This document shows positions 58,220-64,000 of a DNA stretch of 64,000 bases, piece after piece (within the stretch, counting starts at the first letter, position 1; every line of letters begins with the position of its first letter). The stretch is from Anaerolineae bacterium (GTDB lineage Bacteria > Chloroflexota > Anaerolineae > Aggregatilineales > Phototrophicaceae). The stretch spans positions 11,820 through 75,819 of the forward strand of contig JAJDWK010000096.1 of assembly GCA_022825675.1 (NCBI GenBank). Reading direction: 5' to 3'. The position numbers and the translations under genes are program-made. The notes under the pieces are model-generated. The model searched no databases and was not told the origin of the DNA. It was given only the letters and a program-made list of their open reading frames with translations.

Positions 58220-59053
58220 CTACCCTTGGGACGCGCTGCGATGGCTCTGGGCGGCATAGGCGGAGAAGCTGGTAATCCGGCTGTCGGGCAGCGCCAGCGC
58301 TTCGCCGACAAAAGCGTTCCAAGCGGCGATGGCGCGCGGGTTTGGCTGCTCGCGCCAGGGGTGAAAGAACATCCAGTAATGGCTGCTGACGATGGTCAGC
58401 GCATTTTCCGCCAGCGCCATCCGCGCCCGCCGCAGCGATTCGGCGGGGTCGCGCTGGTAGCTGAAGAGATAGTCATCACAGACGAAGAGCTGCTGCCGCC
58501 GGTTCATCGCGCCCGCGGCAAAGCCGGCAAGCTGCGGCAATTCGGGCAGGGGTGCCAGGTTATGCGACATGGTGCTGATGTGAAAGCCGCGCCGCAGCAG
58601 CTCGCGCAGGGCTGTTGGCGAAATTCGGTCATAGGGCGGGATGAAAGTGCGTATCGGCGCTGCCGGGAAGGCGCGCTCCAGCAGCGCCATGCCCCGGTCC
58701 AGCATCTCGGCGATATAAGCGCGGTCCTGGCTGATGAACTCAAAGAAGCTGTGCGCCCAGCCATGCAGGCAGATTTCGACCAATCCCGCCGCCGCCAATT
58801 CGTTGAGGAATACGCAAAGCTCAGGATTATCGAGGATGGGATAGCGGCGCTGTTGACCGCGGTAGGCGGGCGGGATAGCGGGGTCATGCGGGTTGCCAGC
58901 CGTCCAATAGACGCGGGTATCGGCAGCGACTGCCGGTATCACCGCCAGGCAGACGGGCGCGCCCGCCGCCCACAGCGGCGCATAGACCGCTTGCAGGCGC
59001 TGCGGCGAAGTGAAGAAACTGGTATCATCATCGCGAAAGAGTATCGTTCGCAT
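58220..59053 (-). CDS. Hypothetical protein, possibly a carbohydrate deacetylase-like (NodB/DUF2334-type) enzyme
   Basis: MRTILFRDDDTSFF...ICLHGWAH... pattern. The functional call is tentative. Confidence 0.45.
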   Translation of the reverse strand: MRTILFRDDDTSFFTSPQRLQAVYAPLWAAGAPVCLAVIPAVAADTRVYWTAGNPHDPAIPPAYRGQQRRYPILDNPELCVFLNELAAAGLVEICLHGWAHSFFEFISQDRAYIAEMLDRGMALLERAFPAAPIRTFIPPYDRISPTALRELLRRGFHISTMSHNLAPLPELPQLAGFAAGAMNRRQQLFVCDDYLFSYQRDPAESLRRARMALAENALTIVSSHYWMFFHPWREQPNPRAIAAWNAFVGEALALPDSRITSFSAYAAQSHRSASQG

Positions 59054-59120
59054 TCAAGTCTCCGTCCGCGCGGCAGGCGGCTCAAGTATAGCCGCGGCGG
59101 CGGGCGCAGCGCCAAAAGGC

Positions 59121-59960
59121 ATGACGCGCAAAGAAGAAATCCGCCGCCTTAATCAGATGACGCCGCAGCAGGTCATTGATGCCGCTGGCGAGCGTCTTGT
59201 CGTTTGTGATACTGTCGCCGCCTTGCATCAGCGCCTGGCGGAGCTTATTTTCGCCGAGATTGAGCGCAACAATCAGGCGGGTCGCGCGACCCGCATCATC
59301 CTGCCGGTTGGTCCCAGCGGGCAGTATCCGCCGCTCGCGCGCATGCTGAACGCGGCGGGCACCTCGCTGGAGCGCTGTCACTTTTTCTTCATGGACGAGT
59401 ATTGCGCCGACGATGGCGCTGCCCTGCCCCGCTCCCACCCTTTGAGCTTCCGCGGCATTGCCCAGTCGCTTTTCCTGGATGCGCTGGATGAGAGCCTGGG
59501 GCTGGTGCCGGCGCGTGTGATTTTCCCCGATGAGCGCACTATCGCGCAGCTGCCGGCGCTGCTGGCGGCTGAGGGCATCGACACCTGTTATGGCGGCATC
59601 GGCATCCACGGGCATGTCGCCTTCAACGAGCCGGAGCCCGGCGTCAGCGCGCTGGCGAGCCGCAAGCTGCGGCTCAACGATTTCACAGTTACCATGAACG
59701 CGCTGCGGGCGGGCGTCGGCGGCAATTTGCAGGGCTTCCCGCGTTATGCCTACAGCATCGGCATGCGGGAGATTTTGGCGGCGCGGCGCATCCGCCTGGT
59801 TTGCCGCAATGGCATCGCGCTTGATTGGGCGAATACGGTGCTGCGCCTCGCCCTTTTTGGCGCGCCGGGCGATGACTACCCGGTGACGCATATCCGCGGC
59901 AAGGACTATGTCATCTATGCCGATTGGCATACCTTGCGCTCGCCGCGCGTCCTGCTGTGA
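59121..59960 (+). CDS. Glucosamine-6-phosphate deaminase/6-phosphogluconolactonase (NagB/SugarP_isomerase) family protein
   Basis: ...FFFMDEYC...GGIGIHGHVAFNEPEPG... Start uncertain (ATG at 59121 or 59157). Confidence 0.75.
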   Translation: MTRKEEIRRLNQMTPQQVIDAAGERLVVCDTVAALHQRLAELIFAEIERNNQAGRATRIILPVGPSGQYPPLARMLNAAGTSLERCHFFFMDEYCADDGAALPRSHPLSFRGIAQSLFLDALDESLGLVPARVIFPDERTIAQLPALLAAEGIDTCYGGIGIHGHVAFNEPEPGVSALASRKLRLNDFTVTMNALRAGVGGNLQGFPRYAYSIGMREILAARRIRLVCRNGIALDWANTVLRLALFGAPGDDYPVTHIRGKDYVIYADWHTLRSPRVLL

Positions 59961-60044
59961 GCGTATGCGAATAGGCGCTGTTACACGGGTGGAAGATTAA
60001 ATATAATCACGCTACGACAATCCATCAACAAGTGGGAGCGGCGC

Positions 60045-60512
60045 ATGACAGACAAGGCAAATTGGGGCGAGAACGGCGTGCGCATCGTACGCAGCCACGA
60101 GCTGGACAGCAACACGCCGCAGACGCCGGGCATGAGCCGCGCCGCCGCCATCACCTTCGCCAAAGCTGGCGCCAAGAAATTATGGGCGGGCACCGTCAAC
60201 ATCCAGCCGGATGCCAAGACTGGCGCCCATCATCATGGCGAGCTGGAGAGCGTCATCTATGTGCTGAGCGGGCGGGCGCGCATGCGCTGGGGCGAGCGGC
60301 TGGAATATGTCGCCGAAGCCGAGGCGGGCGATTTTATCTATGTGCCGCCCTATGTGCCGCATCAAGAGATTAACGCCCAGCCGGATGAGCCGCTGGTCTG
60401 TGTGCTGGTGCGCAGCGACCAGGAAGCGGTTGTGGTGAATTTAGACATCGACGCCGTGGAAAGCGCAAAGGCGATTTGGGTTGGTCCCAACCACCCGGCG
60501 GCTAGCGGCTAG
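60045..60512 (+). CDS. Cupin domain protein
   Basis: GAHHHGELESVIYVLSGRARMRWGE...GDFIYVPPYVPHQEIN (the two cupin motifs). Confidence 0.75.
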   Translation: MTDKANWGENGVRIVRSHELDSNTPQTPGMSRAAAITFAKAGAKKLWAGTVNIQPDAKTGAHHHGELESVIYVLSGRARMRWGERLEYVAEAEAGDFIYVPPYVPHQEINAQPDEPLVCVLVRSDQEAVVVNLDIDAVESAKAIWVGPNHPAASG

Positions 60513-61543
60513 AGCGCCGGCAGCAGCAGCACTTTGGATACCGCGCCGGGCGTGTCCAGCAAGCGCTCGAACCAAGCGCCGCCATCCCCCAGCGGCGCTT
60601 CTTCAATCCATGGGTCCAGCGTGATTTTGCCCTGGCTCAGCAGCTCCAGGGCGCGGGCGAAGTTGGCGGGCGAATAAGCGAAAGCGCCTTGCGCGTGGAT
60701 TTCTTTGCGGATCATCTCGGCGACGGGCATGGCGCTGGATTCTTCGTGCAAGCCACTGAGGATGAGCTTGCCGCTGGCGCGGGTGGCGGCGACGCATTGC
60801 GCGCGCGTCACCGCGCTGCCGACAGCATCCACCGAGACGGCGACCCCGGCACCCGCAGTCGCCGCCAGCACCGCCGCCACGGGGTCAGTTTCGCGCGGCT
60901 GCAGCGGGATGCCGCCCAGCGCCGCCCCCATTTCCAGGCGCGCCTCATCGATCTCGGCGATGAAAACGCGGGCAGCGCCGTTATAGCGCAGCATCTGCAA
61001 GCTAAGCAAGCCGATAGGACCAGCGCCCACTATCAGGCAGTCGACATCGGCGACCGCGCCCGCCAGATCGGCGATGCGCACAGCGCAGCCCACGGGCTCG
61101 GTCAAAGCGCCGGCGCGCGTATCCATGCCCGCTGGCAGCCGATGCACCTGCTTGGCGGGGGCGCATATCAGCTCGGCAAAGGCGCCGGGACGATGCGCGC
61201 CCAGCAGGCGGCGGCTGACGCAGAGCTGATTCAAGCCCGCGGCGCAGGCGGCGCAGACGCCACAATACCAGAGCGGGTTCACGGTCACCAGCTCGCCGAG
61301 CGTTAAATCAGGGCGGAAGGCGGGCACAAGCGGACCCAGCGCCACAATTTCACCAGCGAATTCATGCCCCATAATCAGCGGCGGCACGCGCAAAGCATTA
61401 TGCCCGAGGTAGCCGCTCAGCTCGGAGCCGCAGATGCCAGCATGGCGCACCTTGATAAGGACTTCATCGGCCGCCGCGGTTGGCTCTCGCTCTTCGCGCA
61501 GGCGCATCGCGCGCGCCGCTTCCCAGACTAGCGCTTTCATCAT
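60509..61543 (-). CDS. Zn-dependent medium-chain alcohol/sugar dehydrogenase
   Basis: ...HAGICGSELSGYLG...GHEFAGEIV..., GAGPIGLL Rossmann. Its stop overlaps the cupin stop within CTAG. Confidence 0.9.
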   Translation of the reverse strand: MMKALVWEAARAMRLREEREPTAAADEVLIKVRHAGICGSELSGYLGHNALRVPPLIMGHEFAGEIVALGPLVPAFRPDLTLGELVTVNPLWYCGVCAACAAGLNQLCVSRRLLGAHRPGAFAELICAPAKQVHRLPAGMDTRAGALTEPVGCAVRIADLAGAVADVDCLIVGAGPIGLLSLQMLRYNGAARVFIAEIDEARLEMGAALGGIPLQPRETDPVAAVLAATAGAGVAVSVDAVGSAVTRAQCVAATRASGKLILSGLHEESSAMPVAEMIRKEIHAQGAFAYSPANFARALELLSQGKITLDPWIEEAPLGDGGAWFERLLDTPGAVSKVLLLPAL

Positions 61544-61931
61544 GCTTGCCCTTCGGTATTGATGTGCAAAGTAAACACTATTTCACACAATCCCAAGCAC
61601 AGAAGTACATGCAACTACATATCGAGACATCGTACAGGCGAGACGGCGGCTCGCGCTCGCAAACCACGATGCGGGGAAGTCTCGCCGAGACGCCGCGCCT
61701 ACATCGCCACCGCCAGGTCGTTTCAGCGAAACGCCCTTACCTGTTGGGGGATTGTGGGCGAGCCTCCCGCGCGGAAGCCATACATTCGCATTAGTAACCT
61801 GGTAGTATTCCTATGTTTCTGTGCTGAAAGTACTTGATGCAATCACAACTCCGCCCAGTCTAACAAGGTTTGCCCTGCATTCCGTAACTGCATTATACTC
61901 GGCAGCGAGCGCGGCGAGTGCGGAGCGAGCG

Positions 61932-63098
61932 ATGAAAATCAAGCGAATTGAAGCGGCGCGCGTAACTTTGCCCCAGCGCGAGCTCAGCGTCCCGCCGCGG
62001 CGCGCCAGCTGGCAGAAAACTGCCGAAGTCGCCAACCCGATGTCCCGCTACCCCCATGTCAAGCGCCATCGCGATATGTGGACGAACACTGGCTGGGGCA
62101 AGGTCTTCGCCAAAGTCACGCTGGAGGACGGCACCTGGGGTTTGGGCTCGTCGATGCACGGCAAGCCAGTCGCCGCCATCATCGACGACCACCTGGCGCC
62201 GCAGCTGGAAGGGCAGGATGGCTTCGCCAGCGAGCGGCTGGCGGATATGATGTTCCGCTTGACCAAGTTCTACGGCTCGACCGGGCTGGCTGCCTACGCC
62301 GTCAGCGCGGTTGATTTGGCGCTGTGGGACGCCAAGGGCAAGGCGCTGGGGCAGCCGGTCTACAGTCTCATCGGCGGCAAGCGGCAAGAGCGCCTCTTCT
62401 GTTATTCCACTGGCAACGACATCGACTGGTATCAGGAAGTTGGCTTCCGCGCGCACAAGCTCGCCTGCCCCTACGGTCCCGCCGATGGCGTGGCGGGCTT
62501 AAATAAGAATGTTGAGCTGGTCGCCGCCGCCCGCGAGCAGGTCGGCGACAGCTGTGAGTTGATGCTCGATTGCTGGATGGCATTTGATGTCGACTACACA
62601 GTGCGCCTGGCGGAGGCGCTGCGCCCTTACAAACTCAAATGGATTGAAGAATGCCTGCTGCCCGAAGATTTTGACGCCCATGCCGAGCTGCGGGCGCGCC
62701 TGCCCTGGCAGACTTTGAGCAGCGGCGAGCATTGGTATACCCACCTGCCCTTCCAATACGCCATCAAACATAATTTGGTGGATATTTTGCAGCCGGATAT
62801 CGAGTGGGTCGGCGGTTTGACGACTTGCCTGAAAATCGCCCATGCTGCCGAAGCCGCTGGCAAAACTGTCATGCTGCATGCTGGCGCGCGCACGCCCTAT
62901 GGGCGGCATTTCTCTTTTGCCATGCCCGCCGTGCCTTGGATTGAATACTTCATCGGCGAGGACCCGGGCGTGCCGCTCAGCGAGGGCACTTGGCTGCCGG
63001 GCATGAAGCCGGCGGTTGATGGCTGGTTGGAGATTGACGATGCGCCCGGCTTTGGCTTGGGCATCGAAGAAAGCTGGATCGAGCCGTTTTGGGGCTGA
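61932..63098 (+). CDS. rhmD: L-rhamnonate dehydratase-like enolase-superfamily enzyme
   Basis: ...AVDLALWDAKGKALGQPVYSLIGG..., LMLDCWMAFDV, LKWIEECLLPED, SSGEHWYT, LQPDIEWVGGLT match the E. coli RhmD/YfaW pattern as I recall it. Start at ATG 61932 (SD GGAGCGAG). Confidence 0.8.
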   Translation: MKIKRIEAARVTLPQRELSVPPRRASWQKTAEVANPMSRYPHVKRHRDMWTNTGWGKVFAKVTLEDGTWGLGSSMHGKPVAAIIDDHLAPQLEGQDGFASERLADMMFRLTKFYGSTGLAAYAVSAVDLALWDAKGKALGQPVYSLIGGKRQERLFCYSTGNDIDWYQEVGFRAHKLACPYGPADGVAGLNKNVELVAAAREQVGDSCELMLDCWMAFDVDYTVRLAEALRPYKLKWIEECLLPEDFDAHAELRARLPWQTLSSGEHWYTHLPFQYAIKHNLVDILQPDIEWVGGLTTCLKIAHAAEAAGKTVMLHAGARTPYGRHFSFAMPAVPWIEYFIGEDPGVPLSEGTWLPGMKPAVDGWLEIDDAPGFGLGIEESWIEPFWG

Positions 63099-63150
63099 GC
63101 AGCCAAAATATCTCAGCAGTTTCAACAAAAACGAGACTCTTTATAGCCAA

Positions 63151-63234
63151 GATTCAACAGGGATTTTTACCACCGAGTACACCGAGTAAAGCATCAGAAA
63201 ATCTCTGTGCCCTCTGTGTCTCGGTGGTGAATAC
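63151..63234 (+). repeat. CACCGAG-type palindromic intergenic repeat, copy R5
   Basis: GATTCAACAGGGATTTTTACCACCGAGTACACCGAGTAAAGCATCAGAAAATCTCTGTGCCCTCTGTGTCTCGGTGGTGAATAC. Confidence 0.8.
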
Positions 63235-63248
63235 TGGTGAACAATAAT

Positions 63249-63277
63249 TTGACAAAGGTGCGGAGCTGCGGTACAGT
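63249..63277 (+). promoter_or_regulatory. Sigma70-like promoter (TTGACA - 17 nt - TACAGT)
   Basis: Consensus -35 and a good -10, 40 nt upstream of the LacI-family start. Confidence 0.4.
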
Positions 63278-63316
63278 CGCAGAAATCGTTTTCCGACAGG
63301 TGGAGCGAGCAGCCAG

Positions 63317-64000
63317 TTGGCGTCAAAAGCCACAATTCACGATGTTGCGCAGCAGGCGCAGGTTTCCGCCGGCTCGGTTTCCCGCGCTTTGAACAATTAC
63401 CCCCATGTCTCTGAAGAACTGAAGAACCGCGTATTGGCGGCGGCGGTGGCGCTGGACTATCAGCCAGCCTATTTGGCGCATGGCTTGCGCCGCGGGCGCA
63501 GCAACTCGGTAGGATTTTTGGTGGGCACCATCGCCAATCCGGTTATCTCCACCATATTCGAAGCGGCGGCGGAAGCGCTTTCCACCGAGGGCTTCACGAT
63601 AACTTTGGTTTCGTCACGCAATCAGGCGGAGCTGGATGTCGCCTGTTTGCGCCTGCTCGCCAGCCGCCAGGTCAGCGGCTTGATGGTCTCGTCAGCGGCG
63701 GAAGCGCCCGAGCCAGCGCGGGAACTCATCGCGGAATTGGGCATCCCAACGGTGCTGCTTGACCGCGAAGCGAGCGCGGAAGCGCATGTACACGCGGTGC
63801 AGTCCGACCATGCCAGCAGCATCAAAGAAGCGGTCGCGCATCTCACCGAGCAGGGGCATCGGCAGGTCGCTTTTCTTGGGGGACCGGCGGATTTCTATCC
63901 GACGCGGCAGCGCTATGCCGCCTATCGCGATGCCTTGCGGGCGTTGGACTTGCCGCGCCGGCGGGAGCTTTGCCGCTTCACCTCTTTCACCGAGCGCGCC
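63317..64000 (+). CDS. LacI family transcriptional regulator (3'-truncated at window edge; absent from the ORF track)
   Basis: TTG start; (M)ASKATIHDVAQQAQVSAGSVSRALNNYPHVSEELKNRVLAAAVALDYQP HTH, then a periplasmic-binding-protein-like sugar-binding domain. The frame is open to nt 64000. Confidence 0.9.
   Translation, partial: MASKATIHDVAQQAQVSAGSVSRALNNYPHVSEELKNRVLAAAVALDYQPAYLAHGLRRGRSNSVGFLVGTIANPVISTIFEAAAEALSTEGFTITLVSSRNQAELDVACLRLLASRQVSGLMVSSAAEAPEPARELIAELGIPTVLLDREASAEAHVHAVQSDHASSIKEAVAHLTEQGHRQVAFLGGPADFYPTRQRYAAYRDALRALDLPRRRELCRFTSFTERA

Noticed and set aside
61559-61837. 92-104-aa plus-strand ORFs in the ADH-rhmD spacer
   Set aside because: They translate GC-rich repeat-like sequence (…GEVSPRRRAYIATARSFQRNALTCWGIVGEPPARKPYIRISN). 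They have no start context, and the region is more plausibly a divergent promoter/operator region.

Overview
High-GC (roughly 60%) bacterial chromosomal window, almost fully coding and mostly on the minus strand. The gene content and the intergenic repeats resemble Chloroflexota-type genomes, but I cannot verify taxonomy. Housekeeping genes: tRNA-Thr/Tyr/Thr - rpmG - tRNA-Trp - secE - nusG - rplK - rplA, plus asnS, radA, leuS and an orphan sdhB. Accessory content is carbohydrate-centred. It includes two CUT1-type sugar ABC systems, one with three tandem paralogous binding proteins and a fused MalFG-like permease. It also includes GH3 and GH4 hydrolases, deoxy-sugar (L-rhamnose/L-fucose type) oxidative catabolism genes, and an IclR-linked CoA-transferase/MaoC set. 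An AapJQMP-type amino-acid ABC system has an abnormally large (1128 aa) permease. Findings most worth a second look: (1) a SelW/Rdx-like selenoprotein with an in-frame UGA (CAAU motif) and a downstream hairpin, which the ORF track truncates; (2) a visibly AT-richer restriction-modification cassette (uncharacterised PD-(D/E)XK-like nuclease, alpha-class Dam-like MTase, beta-class MTase) inserted 13 nt after a GH4 gene; (3) a dispersed palindromic CACCGAG-type repeat family at operon boundaries; (4) the giant AapM-like permease; (5) tandem secreted DUF3179 paralogues flanked by an SGNH hydrolase and an internally deleted copy of it; (6) a Cys-rich-module/PP-loop ATPase fusion translationally coupled to sdhB; (7) a shared palindromic operator candidate upstream of two IclR-linked operons. 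No CRISPR array, rRNA, transposase or integrase was seen. All calls come from reading the sequence and recalled family motifs; no database search was run.
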